A stretch of DNA of 63,983 nt, filler included, from Trypethelium eluteriae (taxonomy: Eukaryota), in NCBI GenBank assembly GCA_051942245.1. It is 5 parts of 5 records of this genome, joined end to end, with 100 filler letters (N's around TTAATTAATTAA, not from the genome) between each part and the next. Parts side by side here need not be neighbours in the genome. Positions count along the whole stretch, not along the records: positions 25,759 to 38,500 come from JAVECL010000757.1; positions 38,601 to 51,304 come from JAVECL010000759.1; 3 more parts are not named here. One strand, given 5' to 3'. The translations under genes and the position numbers were made by a program. Below the pieces are notes generated by a model. The model worked only from the letters and a program-made list of their open reading frames with translations. It ran no database searches and was not told the origin of the DNA. Positions 25,759 to 39,305 of this stretch are shown in pieces (the first letter of the stretch is position 1; every line of letters begins with the position of its first letter).

Positions 25759-28700
25759 GAATCGTTCACGTCGGTGTAGAAGCATGGTGGTTCGCCGCTG
25801 CTGCCGCCGCCACCGTCGCGAGACATGGGCCGCGAGGAGAGCTTTTCGGGCCATTGAGTCCAGCCGCGGAGGCTGCCGAGACGGCCGCTGCTGGGAACGG
25901 TTTGGAGGTCTCTGGGGGAAGGGGCGACGGGACCACTGGCGCTGCGCTTGCGGCCGTGGCCATGATAGCGGGGGACGTTGGGGTACTCGGCACCGGATTC
26001 GGCGGTGCCTGTGGTCCCTGCTGTATTGGGACGGAGATGATCGTTACTGGGGAGGTCGGAGAAGCGGTATTCAGCAGGAGGCGGATTGGAGTGGATTTGG
26101 TCAAAGAAGGTAGTGCCTGTCGCACTGTGTATCTCTTGTTCGACGCCAACGTCGAAAGATTCTCGGAATTCAGGTAGAGTAGGCGGTGCGGTAGCATTAC
26201 GGGCAGGGCCTTCAGGACGGCCACGAGATGAGATGCCACCACGGCTCTTGGCGATACGGACGGAGTCGCGAAGAGGAGTACGTCGAAGCATGGCAGTTGC
26301 ACGGGTGGGTTTCTCAAGCTCCTTTTCGGGGATCGGGATCTTCGGCTCTGCGCTCGGGGTCTCGGATGAGGGAGGTTTGACGGATTTGGGTTCTGGTGCC
26401 GGAATGGCCGGAAGAGGTGACAGACGCTGTGAGGGATGGTGTGACAAGAAAGAAAGAGCAGTCAGCCAGAGATAATGACGTTCACTAGAAAAGGCAGTGA
26501 ACTTCAGAGCCCGAGCTGGAGTCAAGATGAGAATAGAGCGATTGAAGATGTTGCCCGCATTCTTTGGCAGTGGCGTATCGTCTTTAACATCGAGTACGGA
26601 TTGAATGATCACTACAAAAAAATCAGTATCATATAAGGAGAAGCAACCATGACACTTACGCTTGCGCCCGCTCTTGCCCATAAGCGCAGAGTTTGAGCTT
26701 GGCTGCTTACTGCTCCACATGACCGACCGTTCATAAGGAGATAACCATACCCATCTCTTGTGACGCTGGCCATTACTAGTCACCGTGATAGAACCATCCT
26801 CACCAGGCCTGCTAACCTCCGCAGGCGACTCAGGTACACCAAATGATTTCCGCCTCCTGACATATTTCCACATCCATTCACCAACCATGGTGATAGCGAT
26901 CGCATCCACAACGCTTGACTGCTGCTGACTGGCACTTCCTGCTGACGCACTACCGGTTCGAGACGTCACATCAGACTGAGCCGTTCTGCTATTTGACTTC
27001 TGCAACTGGAAAACATGCCGCGGAGACTTGATGTTATCTCGAGGCAGCTCCGGAATCTCGTGCTCAGGTAATGTCGGAGAGGTGATTGAACTCGGCATCG
27101 AGCTTTGGAAAGAATTTGGTGGCGATCGACTACGTGGGCGGCTTCCTCGGCGGGCATGACGAGGTATGACATTCGCTGAACGTACTTTCCGCAAGGCATC
27201 TTTCCCAGGATGCTGCTTCGCAGCGTCTACCAGCGGTCGTCGTCCGGAATGCATTCCATTCTGGCCTGGTGTTGGGCTATATGATCCTTCACTTCGGGTT
27301 TGCCACACTCGACGAGAGCTTGATCGTAGAGGCACAGGAAATGGGGGCGGAGGGGCTACGGTACTGCTCATGCTCGCAGAACCGAAGCTACGCTCACTTG
27401 GTGTTTTAGAGCCCTGACGTAGGTGCGCGGTAGTCCCATTGGCGATGAGCGACGATCGACGAAGATTTGGCGGTTTCACCATACTGGCCATTCGGATGGG
27501 TTTCATGACTCTCGGAGCCCTCTCTAACGAGTTCCTGCCACTTGCAACGTTCTCTGCGACCCTTGCCTCGACATCCTCCTTTGGTATCGATGTTTCGTCT
27601 CTCTCCTTTCGCACATCACTATAAGGGGATTCTTTCTCCTCAGGGACTGGAGTGGGTGGATCCGAAAAGGAAAAGCCATTTCTCGTTAGTCTATTGACTG
27701 AAGTTGATTTCGGCGCTATTCGACTTTTGCTTTGAGAATCAGGTTCATCTAGATCAGTCTCGTCCCCACCTTCCTCATCGTTGAATCCGGCAAAAAGACT
27801 AGCGGACCTGAATGGCCGTCTTGGTCCCTCAACAGCATCTTTGGCTAATGGTCCATTGTCGTTATTGCCAGGGTAATGGTCCTCAGTAAGTGGCAGTGGC
27901 GATTGTGCCTTTTTCGAAAGCGCAGACGATTCCAGTGCAGGTCGCCGCTCACTCCCAAGATCTTCTTTGCCAATGGCAATTGGTAAACGTTCTCTACTTC
28001 CTTGAGAGGTCTCTACAGATCTCAGATCTTTATCCTTGATAGCAGAAGGCCATAAGTGTGGTGGAAGCTTCAGAATACGTTGGTCAATCGTAATCCTTTC
28101 CGTTTGGGTACCTGAGTCTGTAGTAGGAACTCGGTCTTCAATGGAAACCTGGCAGGCAGCATTTTTCGTTGCGGGAGGCAACACAGCTTCTTTAGGAGAC
28201 GGAGGGCCAGAAAGGGGAGGGTGGATCGCGATTAAAGGAATAGCCAAAGAGGCCGGCGCTGGCATCCTCTCAATCTTGCCGTGATTGACTGCCTCCTCTT
28301 TTGGCGGATCTGTCTGAGTAGAGATTGAGCTGTAGGAAGGCTGCACAACGGTTTCATAGCCTGGCTGCGTTGCTTGAATAGCAGCGTCTGCTACCGGTGC
28401 CAGGACTGGAAATTCTTCGATAGTCTGCGTGGCAGATGACACTAGAGCAACCGACGGTGTAGCTGGCTTTTCGGAGGTCAATTTTCGTGGCTTTGGACTC
28501 GGACTCCGCACTGGACTGGCAATCCGCTTGCGGCTTTGGTTTGCCTCCACTTCTGCTGATGGCGTAGCTTTCTCTTGGAGTATCGGAGCGGCTTCGGGTG
28601 ATGTTGGAGGCGACGTCGGAACCATGATGGGGAGCGTCGGTGATGTCGGCGGAGAATATTGTATGCCAGCATCTACATATGATGAGTTCATTGGCATCAC

Positions 28701-29903
28701 TGGGCTTAGCTCTTCTTCCTTCGGAGTCGGCACTTCTTGAATAGGTCGAATGAGATCTCGCCGTTCGTACTCCAGGCTGTCATAATGATCTGAAGAAGAT
28801 TCTCGTCCGTTTGAAAGGCCAAGTACTCGCTTGGCCTTATCGTCCTGGTTGAACGACTGTCTTGACTCACGCGCCCTTCTTAATCTTGTTTCACGGTCTG
28901 CATACGCATCTTCAATCTCTTCTAAGTCATCAAGATCCTCCTCCTCTTCATCAAAGACAAGCTCATCGGCCAAAGTTCGGCCATGCTGTCTCGACTGCCT
29001 TCCGGAGCCGAGGGCACTGTCGATAGAAAATCGATTGCTTTGACGGGTGCTACTTCGCCGAGTACTGCTAGAACTGCGATCTCGTGTAGGCCTTTGGCGA
29101 CTTGGACTAGATTGAGCGCTTGGTACATCACTGTCGTTGCCCAGTCCGCTATCCCTCGCATCCTCTTCTGTTTCGCTGACATCGCCAAGCTCGGGACCGA
29201 ATTCTGCTGCGTGCTGTGCATTGACTTCATTGATGAAAGTCTGGAGCCGACTCTCAGAGGCATGTACCCTACGCTCCAGACCGCGTTTTTCATTTTCCCA
29301 CCCCTGTTTCTCGCTCATGTGAACATTGTAGGCTCGCTCAGCGTCCTGCTCTTGTGTTTTTGCCTGCTTCTGAGAGACCTCTAACTTATGTCTAAGATCC
29401 TTTTGCACGTTCTTGAGATCATCTCTTTCGCTTGCTAGCTCCTGCAGGGCTGCTAGTGTTCCATCCTCCACTTGCTTCAACTGCCGCTTCGCCGAACGGT
29501 TTTCTTTACTTGTCTCCGTCAATCGTTCTTGTAGATTTTCACTCTCGGACCGTGAATCCTGGAGATTGTGCTCGAGATTCTCAATGAATCGATGTTTGGA
29601 GTCCAATTCCCTTCGTAATGATAGAATCTCAGAGACAAGTGAAGCGTGCAGTGTGGGAGTGAATCGGCGGGGGTCGAGCATGGAGAACTCCTCGTCGTCT
29701 TCAGTTGGCGCGTTGTCCTTGCCAAAGTCAGGAGGCAATGGAGGAGGCGACGATGAAGGATTGGAAGGCGTCGGAGTTCCATGCCGTGAAGATCTTCGAG
29801 ATCTTGTATATGGCGTGTCGGTAGGAGTGGGCAGAGCTTGACCTGCAAGCGTAAAGGCCTGATGCTCCTCGAATAGGTCCCTCATACTGCGAACGTGGGT
29901 CAT
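25759..29903 (-). CDS. Num1/ApsA/Mcp5-related cortical protein (N-terminal coiled coil, C-terminal Mcp5-type PH domain), 3' end cut by the gap
   Basis: DPRRFTPTLHASLVSEILSLRRE followed by a coiled coil. VDAIAITMVGEWMWKYVRRR..RHKRWVWLSPYERSVMWS..SILILTPARALKFTA matches the Mcp5-type PH domain. 48-nt intron at 26612-26659. Confidence 0.82.
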
Positions 29904-32345
29904 AGTAGACGTAACGCTGGGAGGAACTGGTCAGCGTCAGGTAGGATATCAAAAGGTGATTACAGAACACAGGGTGGTATGGTGCTGCTACACGTTGTAC
30001 ACCACAGATCGGGAAGCTGCATTGCACGAGTGTCGCGGCTTCCGCAATGCAACGCACCTTCTCACAACACGGTCATCCACCTCCTCACCCACAATATATC
30101 TGGGGTAGCGTCACCTGAACGCATGAACAAAAACGCTAACTCTGGATAGCTTTGAAAGCCTGGCTAGCTGGGAATAATGCAGGGAATGCTTTCCGACAAA
30201 AACGGGTGTAATGACTCGTTCTGATAAAAATGGTCGTAAAAGACAGTAGCCGAGCAATTAAGGTCTCAAACGAGTGCAGGATACCCAAGGAAAGACTGCT
30301 GGTATTAGTTCTATTGTTCCATCTGCGTGCAGAGTTCGCGTGTACGTACATCAAGCCTTAGAGCGTGATGAGAGAAAAAGACCTAATGATCAGCTCAAGG
30401 AGATGATAGCCGCGTAGTCCCGCCGCCGACTGTCTGCTAGTGCAACAAGGTTGATAAATGACGCTGACACGATTCAAGCACGAAGTCAAGCAGTACGCTT
30501 TCCAACAGCTGTGGTGGAGCAAGAACACGAGGGTAGTGAAAACATTAAAACTACTACAAAAACGGACCGAAGGGAACAGCAATTGAAGGTTGCTTTGATC
30601 GACTCGCGTTCGTGCGCACGCCCACTCCAAGCATCTCCATCACGTCTCTGTGCTGTTCGCCAGAAGTTTAAAACCCAAGAGCAAGGAGACGCGGTGAGGG
30701 CCATCCCGTCTGTGACTGGGGTCTGCCTGCGTGTGGAAGCATGATTGACGCCTGTGCTCACCATGCGGCTCCCCTTTAGTTACGCTCTAAGGAGAGAAGC
30801 GCGATGCGGAACGAGAGGAGTGCAGAGCACGAACGAATGGGAACCGGCCGAAGGAATGAAAATCAGGAGCAATCCTTAGGGGCGCTGCAGTCAGAACGTT
30901 GACGGGGAAGTCGGGCGAGCATGGATCTTGATCGGCTCAGGGATACTGATTGGGCTGGGCGCGGCGTGGAGTACCTTAGTGTACGCCTCCTTACCAGTCT
31001 TACCAGTTGGTGGACAGCATCCGGCACCGAAACAGTGGTTCCAAAACTTGCTGACCTTTTTTGGGGATCTCCGTTAGCTGTCACCACTCACCAGCTGCTC
31101 CTGAAGCGTATCTGGAGGACAGTTGGCCACGTCTGCGGTAGCGGTTGGGTTCGGCGGTATCGTCTGGCACGTCAACATCGACTAACGTGCGATTTTCAAT
31201 AGTTACCATGCCCCTCCTCGGTGCTCACCAAAAAAGGCTTGCAGATGCCCGAGGTGAGGTTTCATGACTGGAGGAAAGAGCTAGAGTGGGCGCAGCCGGG
31301 CCCTTGAACGGCAATTGCGGGTGCTCACAGCTTGCAAGCTTGGCGATGAAGAATTGAGACCGATGCTCCGCGTCACCGTGATTGGGCTGCATTTGCCGTC
31401 TCTCAGATATCTAGATTCTCGCTCTAGGCTCGTCTAACCCTACTGCCGGGGATCGTGAGATGATGAAGCGTCCACGAAGATAATCTCTTGCCGTCGGCCC
31501 GTCATGTCTTTCACGCCGCTACCTCACACCGGCGTGCTGCCAGTCCTAGGCCACCAGATTTGAGGAATCGAGTCACCGTGCCACATGTTTCAGCAATGCC
31601 TTTTTCAGCTGAGTATCAGTCGAGAATGGACGGCACAAGCGAAGAGTCTGGTACCTTCGCAAACGCCGTGTTAAGCAAAGCATCATTGAGTGGGGTACAC
31701 ATCCGACCAAAAGCGGATATAAGAAGGTTCAAAGCGGGACGAGTAGAAGGGTGCCACTGTCGATGGTAGGGATTGCAGTGACAGCAGTGCATGCATCCTG
31801 GGTGCACCCATTGCGGAGACGCTGGAGCGGAAGGGAAGAAGGCATGAAGAAGCGACAACTGTCCACACTGGCCATTGTTTTGTCCCGTATGACACTCAAG
31901 CGATCTACCAATAGGGAGGCGACCGAGTACGACTCCGGACATAGGTATATGCAGGTACTGGAGTGAAAAAGCTTATCGTAAATCTGGTGCATACATATCA
32001 GCAACGGCCGGGCTCGAGCGCTTTCGGAAATTTCTTCAACGTTCGCCCCCGGGAGGAAGCTGAAAACGTGGGCATGATTGGCGCAAAGGTTGTTCATGGG
32101 TATCGTCGGTGATTATCCCGAAAACGTCAAATTGGCCGTTTCGAGTTTGACGCGTCTGCTTCTTCATGCTAATACAGCTCTTGCGTTAATTACTCTTGCT
32201 ACGAATCTATTTCCCGCCAGGCATTGTAGGGAAAAGAGGCTCGCCCCTATCGCCCTGTCAAATCCTATCAGTGCACGAATTCGGACACAACTTGCCACAC
32301 GTGCAAGAGATACTCGACTCTGATTGCGCATGCGCTCCGTTGCAA

Positions 32346-33652
32346 ATGGATCACCAATTTAAGGAGCTTCAAAATGCCTACCAAAATTCATTGGATACAA
32401 GCGGCAGCTTGCCCTCAAAACAATCTGAGTCAAGGGATATCGCAGCAGCCTCCGCCGAAATGCCTCCAGCAATGGCAGATGTTAAACAGCATACTGCGGA
32501 TGACGTACTGAAGATGATGAACAAAGTACCCCTTTTCATGACCGAGCTAGATGAGACCGACGAGCAGGGGAATGAGAACGTAGCTCTGGAGGCTATAAAG
32601 GCCCTGGCATATGAAGGCAGCAAGGCAGAACAAGCCGAAAATTTCCGGCAACAAGGTAACGAGCATGCCCGCATGAAAAACTGGTTGGATGCCAAAGAAT
32701 TCTATACCAAAGCTATAGGCGTACTGAAAGCACCTTCTAAATCCATCCAAGATCGTATAGAAGAGATGCCTGATATCGATATCGTGGAGATTGATGAAGA
32801 GGCTGAGGCTAAAAAAGAAAAGGAAACTGAAGAGGCATCATATGTCAATAGGGCTCTTTGCAATTTAGAGCTAAGTATGATAGAATCTCGACCCCATGGC
32901 AAGCAGTCTCAAAACTAATCTGAGATGAGACAGAAAACTATCGGTCATGTACATTTGACTGTGCCGCGGCATTACGAATTAATTTCAGAAATGTCAAAGC
33001 CTGGTATCGCTCAGCCTCGGCGTGCCTGGCACTGGACAAGATACCAGAAGCCAGTGATGCTTGTACGAGCGGCCTCAATGTCGATGCAAATAATTCTGCT
33101 CTCCAAAATCTAGTCACCAAAATTCAGGAGCGTGAAAAGCATTTAGCTCAACTCTCTAGGCAGCGTGAAGAACGCGAAGAGCGAGAAAGGGCTGAAGAGC
33201 GCGCCCTCAAACTTGCTTTAAAGGCTCGCAATATACACACCAGGGCCACAGGCAAAGCACCAGACTTAGAGGATGTAAAAGTTAAGCTTGAAAGGCCTCT
33301 GGATGCTTCTTCCACCATTTTCATTCCTACAATGCTCCTTTACCCTCTCCACCTCCAAACCGATTTCATCAAAGATCTCTCTGAACATGTCAGTCTTCAA
33401 GAGCAACTTTCTTACGTGTTGCCTTTGCCCTGGGACGAGAAGCATGAATACACTGTGGAGAGCATTGACTGCTACATGGAAACTACTACCGGTGGCCTGA
33501 TCAAGGTCGGCAAGAAGCTTCCAATGACGAAGACTCTGACCACCGGGAAAGTCGAGGTCATTGACGGAATGCTAAAGGTCTATGTTATCCCCCGATCCCG
33601 GGCACAGGAATGGATCGATGATTTTAAGAAAAAGCGGAGACCAACAGGATGA
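32346..33652 (+). CDS. CNS1: Hsp70/Hsp90 co-chaperone Cns1/TTC4 (TPR protein)
   Basis: MNKVPLFMTEL..NVALEAIKALAYEG..AENFRQQGNE, YVNRALCNLEL/KNYRSC (intron 32875-32933), LLYPLHLQTDFI, GGLIKVGKK. Confidence 0.92.
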
Positions 33653-33829
33653 TGAAAGTCTTCGAATTGGTCAGTCTACCTGCAGTGTCTGATGACTCCC
33701 CCATTGTATCATATCTGCAAATCCGGGATCTCCGCCAAACGAGTGCATTATTTCCGACCCTGCATGGTAGTCCCCCTAATATTAATACAACACTTTTCAC
33801 CGTGCTCGCATGCATCCTCGCGCCGAACC

Positions 33830-34300
33830 TTAAATATTTTCCGACAACTGCCCTCGAGCATTACATCCCCTGTCCACCTCTCCTATGTTTTCCATTGCCA
33901 TTTTGGAGCTCTGCCCATCGGAGTCCGCATGATCGATGTTCTGGATGCCGGCCCCTTTGCCATTGTTTTGATGCGCCTTCGGCGGCCGAGGCTCCGGCGA
34001 GGCTAATGTCGGGTGGTTAGGCCCGCCCCCCGTGGACTCCGGTGTTTCAGTGGGCTTCTCATCTTTCGGGTTAGCTGCTGCCGGATTGGGCTCTTCGAAT
34101 TGAACTTTTTTGACGTTTTGTGGTCCGTCGAGATCTGCATTGGGGGAATGAGTCTTGGGGCTCCGCAAGTCATCCCCTTTGCTTGTAATTGGCACACTGA
34201 TGGTCTCAGCTCGGCGATGATGCCTTTTGCTCGCTGAGAGAGACGAAAAAGAGTCTTGAGAGGGAGGAGTTGCTGGCGGAGAGGGAGACTGCCTAGACAT
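33830..34300 (-). CDS. Hypothetical low-complexity (Pro/Ser-rich) protein
   Basis: Open frame of about 156 codons from MSRQSPSPPATPPSQ, preceded by an intron-like acceptor. No recognised domain. Confidence 0.4.
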   Translation of the reverse strand: MSRQSPSPPATPPSQDSFSSLSASKRHHRRAETISVPITSKGDDLRSPKTHSPNADLDGPQNVKKVQFEEPNPAAANPKDEKPTETPESTGGGPNHPTLASPEPRPPKAHQNNGKGAGIQNIDHADSDGQSSKMAMENIGEVDRGCNARGQLSENI

Positions 34301-34774
34301 ATATGCTAGCAAGCTCCAGTTATACTACGGCGAGATGGAAGGTATAATAGCAAAGTACCCGAGGGGCACAGTCAGCGTTGAACAGCCAAGATGAGAATAG
34401 GATGGAACTTTTTGTCTGTGGTTGATGGCCTGATAAGATCAAAAACCTCTAGTTCTTCGGATTTGCCGGATGGTTTAATGCACTACATAGCCTTTATATT
34501 TCTCTCGCAGCTATTGAGCTCTACTCAGGATAAGTCGTCGATGAGCGATATTAATGAGCGATATTAACGGAAGTGAGCAAATGCACCCGCTATCAATTTT
34601 GAGGCCAGCGAGTTGTACGATGGCAACTTGGCCACGCTTCGTTTGTCTGACAAACACAACTGCTCTATAGACCGTGTCACCACTCAAATACCTCATTTTC
34701 TTTTTGCCCTTCAACGCCAGACAACACCCAAACACCGGCGTCCAGTTATCAAACGCTTCCATCATGGCGTAACA

Positions 34775-35812
34775 TTAGCCCACCATCTCATCAACATCAA
34801 TCTCATCCATTGGTTCCCTTGGTTCCTGTGCCTCATGAAATTGTATTGCATCATCAATATAACTGAGGATAGCTCCCACGCTATCCTCATCCTGCACATT
34901 CAATCGCAAAAAGCTCACCATACTGAAATCATCAATCAAATTGCCCACTGCCCTGTTCAACCTCCTGAAGCTCTTCCCCGCCATCACATCCTCGGTCTTA
35001 TTTGGGTCACCATTCTCCTCGACTGACGGCGCCACTGGCACAACCAGAGTGCCATCCGCATTCGCTGCTTTCGCCGCACGTTCGGCGTCCTCATCCAGCA
35101 GGCCAACATCGGGATCAAGAAATCGCTTCAGGTCCCGCCGGGGTATGCTATCTTTGATCAGATCCATCTTCGACAGCACATTAACGTGGGGCATCTCGAG
35201 CATCAACATGGCGCTCATGGCGCTCAGCGTACCAGCGAAGAACTTGGGACGATCGACCACGAACGTGCTCTCGAGGAGGTAAGCAGCGCACATGTTGATG
35301 TTGAGGCTGCCCCGCGTGAGGTCCTTGACGAGGCTCGGCAAGATGGGAATATGGGTGTACAGCTCGATCTGGCCTGGCATGTCGATGATGATAAGGTACT
35401 CGTCGGTAACGGTCTCGAGCGGTTCGGTCAGGAAATCCATGTTCTGTAAGAGGAACTCGAAGCAGTAGATGAGCCCGCCGTTGGGACCCAAGTGCATTTC
35501 TTCCATGACATCCTCGAGGGAGATGAGGTCTTTGATGTCAATGTCAGGCTCAAAGGCAAAGTCTTCGGCCGCCGGGTCGAGATTGATGTAGTAGCATGCT
35601 CGGCGGGAGTTGCGGAGGTGCTGGATGAGCGCAGCGCAGAAAGTCGTCTTTACAGGTGCGTTAGTCTTGCGAAAAGAAGCTTGAGAGACTCGACCGGTAT
35701 CATTCTTTTACCTTGCCAGCACCGGCAGGCCCTATGGAGGGTCAGCCCAAGCTCTATTGGAGCAGGAGGAGGATGGTAGACGACCCATGATGAGACACCC
35801 GAACTTGCTCAT
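34775..35812 (-). CDS. GPN3: GPN-loop GTPase 3
   Basis: Spliced MSKFGCLIMGPAGAGKTTFC, YINLDPAAE, LGPNGGL (GPN loop), DMPGQIELYTH, ID..IQFHEAQEP. Confidence 0.93.
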
Positions 35813-36180
35813 GATGGTGTGAAAGATCTGGTGTTCTCTCGAAGCTGGGCAGAAGAGGTGGTTCAAGCACCAGTTTTCGGGTGCCCAAAATACATGCGAA
35901 CTGAACGGAGGTCCGGCCGGGCAAGGTGCAGATGGCGCGATCTGCCGAAAAGATTCGGTGGAGGAGGGAAGACCCGCCAACCCGCCGTCATTGCAATAAA
36001 TTTAAGACCCTGCCCGCGCCTGCCCACCGCCCATCGCTGAAAACCCCACGTCCCTTCCCAACTCTTGCCAACACACCTGCACCCACCTTACCTTCCTCAG
36101 CCCCCGTCCAGCCTTTCTCTCAAGTCTTCGAGTCCGAGGTTCGTTCTTGTAATTCAATTGACCAACATAATATCGTCAGA

Positions 36181-37531
36181 ATGGCCGCAGTAAACGGCTT
36201 CTCTCCAGAGAGAACCTTCCTCTTCACTTCGGAATCCGTCGGAGAGGGGCACCCTGATAAGATTGCGTGAGTGCTTATCTCGAGAACTTGTGATGAGAAT
36301 TCACAATATTCGTTGCTAATCTATCGTTGCAACAGCGACCAAGTCTCCGGTAAGAATTTATCTGCAATTCAACTACTTAATCACGCAACTAAGAAAACAT
36401 AGATGCTGTCCTCGATGCCTGCCTTGCCCAGGACCCGCTTTCCAAAGTTGCATGTGAGACTGCCACGAAGACCGGGATGATTATGGTCTTTGGCGAAATC
36501 ACGACCAAGGCCAATCTTGACTACCAAAAGATCATCCGTAATGCCATCAAGGATATCGGTTACGACAGCTCCGACAAGGGCTTCGACTACAAGACTTGCA
36601 ACGTCCTCGTTGCCATTGAGCAACAATCCCCAGATATCGCCCAGGGTCTTCACTATGAAGAGGCGTTGGAGAAGCTCGGTGCCGGAGACCAAGGAATCAT
36701 GTTCGGCTATGCCTCTGACGAGACGCCGGAGTTGCTACCCTTGACCATCCAATTAGCACACAAGCTTAACGAGGCCATGAAGACTGCCCGAAACAACGGA
36801 ACTCTGCCGTGGTTGAGGCCTGACACCAAGACTCAAGTCACCGTTGAATATGCACACGACGGTGGTGCGGTCATCCCCAAGAGAGTTGACACCGTTGTAG
36901 TTTCGGCACAGCATGCGCCAGAAATTACGACTGAGCAGCTAAGGAAGGAAATCAAGGAGAAGATCATCAAGACGACCATCCCGTCCAAGTACCTTGACGA
37001 CAAGACGGTCTACCATGTAAGCTATCCACCATCATACTGCTTCAGTTCATTTGTACTAACGTGGCTTTCTAGATTCAACCCTCAGGCCTCTTCATCATTG
37101 GTGGTCCTCAAGGAGATGCTGGCCTCACTGGTCGCAAGATCATCGTTGATACCTACGGTGGCTGGGGCGCTCACGGTGGTGGTGCCTTCTCAGGCAAGGA
37201 CTACAGTAAAGTAGACCGCTCGGCTGCCTATCTTGCCCGCTGGGTCGCCAAATCAATCGTCCATAGCGGACTTGCCCGCCGAGCGCTTGTGCAATTCTCC
37301 TACGCTATTGGTGTTGCCGAGCCTCTCAGTATCTTCGTCGAGACCTACGGAACGAGCGACAAGACCAGCAATGAGCTCGTGGACATCATCCGGAAGAACT
37401 TCGACCTCCGACCAGGTGTCATTGTCAAGGAGCTTGATCTCATCAAGCCAATCTACTGCCAGACGGCGAAGAACGGGCATTTCTCCAACCAGAATTTCAA
37501 CTGGGAGAAGCCAAAGAAGCTGAACTTCTAA
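36181..37531 (+). CDS. SAM2: S-adenosylmethionine synthetase (methionine adenosyltransferase)
   Basis: [55 protein letters not shown]. Introns 36267-36335, 36350-36402 and 37017-37072. Confidence 0.97.
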
Positions 37532-38046
37532 TCATTTAATAGTCCGCCTCACCACCCTGATGTACCGTCCCTGTGCATCAATCTACTGCATAACTAAACG
37601 GCGTTGGTAGCATTTCAAAAACTCCCGAAACTCCAGTTTTGGAAGAAGATCTAGATTCAACATAGATCTTTGTGGGCATCTTAGCATGGCGGCATTTCAG
37701 GAATCATCCCCACATCAACTGATACCCCCTGGTCAGCGCCGCAAGGGCTGTTTTCAACAAAAAGCGTTGGCGTTCTGGAGAAGCTTCAACATTCTCTGTG
37801 CTCCAGCGCACTGGCTAGTCTAATTACGAGTGTTCTCGTTCAGATGGATCTTTTTGCTTCAGCTCGAGCCTCTAGATCGCTCCGTCAGACTGCCGTTGAG
37901 GTTCTTCAACAAAGGAAGAGAGAAATAATAATGTCGAAGACTACATTTAGGCAGATTGTATGGAGTCGGGACGTCTATAATTCCTGTTCAAACCAATCTA
38001 CATACTGTCCGACTTTTGTTCCATTCTCAATGTTACTCTGAACTAA

Positions 38047-38500
38047 TTATGTCTTCATGTCGGTATCTATTTGACCCGTAGCGCGCATCTGGTGCGTCAG
38101 CACTCCCCAGACGCCACGCACGGCCTCAGCTCTTTGCTCCTTGTCGAACAAATCGTACCACTGACTGCGCTGCAACAACGGCGTGTCCCAGGCCTCATCG
38201 TCTGGAGGAACATCTGGCCATTCACCGTTGGTAACATATCGAATGTATGCGGCGTGGACTCGTAGTTTCAGGATAGAAATATGGCGGTTCATTGAACTCA
38301 CCAGGAAAACCTACGCGGAAGATTTGCATCAGCAACTCTGTTGATCGTTCTTGTGGGTAACACAAAGTGAGAAGAGAAGCATACCTGGTCCCAAGCACTC
38401 CCTGGTTCCCTTCCAATCCCCCCAAACTCCACCTTCTGGTCCCAATGTCCCAGCCCCGGCTTCACCACCTTCCACGCCTCCGCCGCGCTCACCTTGCTCT
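38047..38500 (-). CDS. Hypothetical protein, 3' fragment (5' part lost in the gap)
   Basis: Two exons join in frame across an intron at about 38386-38331 (..GSAWDQ/VFLVSSMNRHISILKLRV..LQRSQWYDLFD..AVRGVWGVL). Protein-like composition. Confidence 0.65.
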
Positions 38501-38600
38501 NNNNNNNNNNNNNNNNNNNNNNNNNNNNNNNNNNNNNNNNNNNNTTAATTAATTAANNNNNNNNNNNNNNNNNNNNNNNNNNNNNNNNNNNNNNNNNNNN
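38501..38600. other. Artificial contig-joining spacer
   Basis: 44 N + TTAATTAATTAA + 44 N. Confidence 0.97.
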
Positions 38601-38601
38601 C

Positions 38602-39078
38602 TCCCCCTCCCTCATCATCCCCATCTCCGCCCAGCAACCCACCCGCGCCTTCGGCAACACCACCCTCGCCAAAGTCACCCCGTCGGACTTCTGCACCATC
38701 TTCAACCTCGAGATCCCTCCTTCCGCCATCAACAAGACGTGCCTGCTCGCGTTCCTCTTTCCTACCCATGAACAGACGACGGCGTTCTATTCATTCGCAG
38801 GACCCGGCGATTTTGTCTTTAACGGGTATGCGTATGGGGCGGGCGCGAATCCGGGGACAACGTATGAGACGCAGCCGGCGAGTGGGCCGAGCCCGCCCGC
38901 CGCGAAGCTGGTGCCGGGGAACGCGTACGTGTTGAATGTGGGGAGCTGTGGGGTTCAGCCGGGGCAGACGGAGGCGGTGACGGTGAGTGGGGCGTTGTGT
39001 AGTAATGATACGTATTTTGAGTTTGAGCAGACGAGGGAGAAGGGATGCCCAATAGGGTTTTACGTGGCTATTTCTTGA
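38602..39078 (+). CDS. But2 C-terminal-domain protein (3' fragment, not in the ORF track)
   Basis: Frame from 38602 reads PSLIIPISAQQPTRAFG..CTIFNLEIP..NKTCLLAFLFP..TTYETQP..LVPGNAYV..YFEFEQ..CPIGFYVAIS*, matching the But2 C-terminal domain pattern. Confidence 0.75.
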   Translation, partial: SPSLIIPISAQQPTRAFGNTTLAKVTPSDFCTIFNLEIPPSAINKTCLLAFLFPTHEQTTAFYSFAGPGDFVFNGYAYGAGANPGTTYETQPASGPSPPAAKLVPGNAYVLNVGSCGVQPGQTEAVTVSGALCSNDTYFEFEQTREKGCPIGFYVAIS

Positions 39079-39305
39079 AGCTCTAAACGCGCAAAAGACG
39101 GAAGATCATTCGGAGGAGTAGTAATACAGTCTGCAAATATTTGGTCTTATCGAAAGTGGTTCAGAGTTTTTGCTTGAGATAAGTTGCCGGGTGATCACAA
39201 GTCCTGGAACATTCATTCGTGATGATTCCTTCCAACAGATCGAATAAGACTATTTCATTGACTATTCTTCATCCACACTTGGAAGACTTGCGTTTCCTAC
39301 CGTCT

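Noticed and set aside
34541..34567. 13-bp tandem duplication ATGAGCGATATTA x2
   Set aside because: A two-copy local duplication with no spacer structure. Not CRISPR-like and no evident function.
37532..37800. Small hairpins in the SAM synthetase 3' UTR as a SAM-sensing element
   Set aside because: Stems are short and the METTL16 UACAGARAA motif is absent. Unsupported without covariation data.
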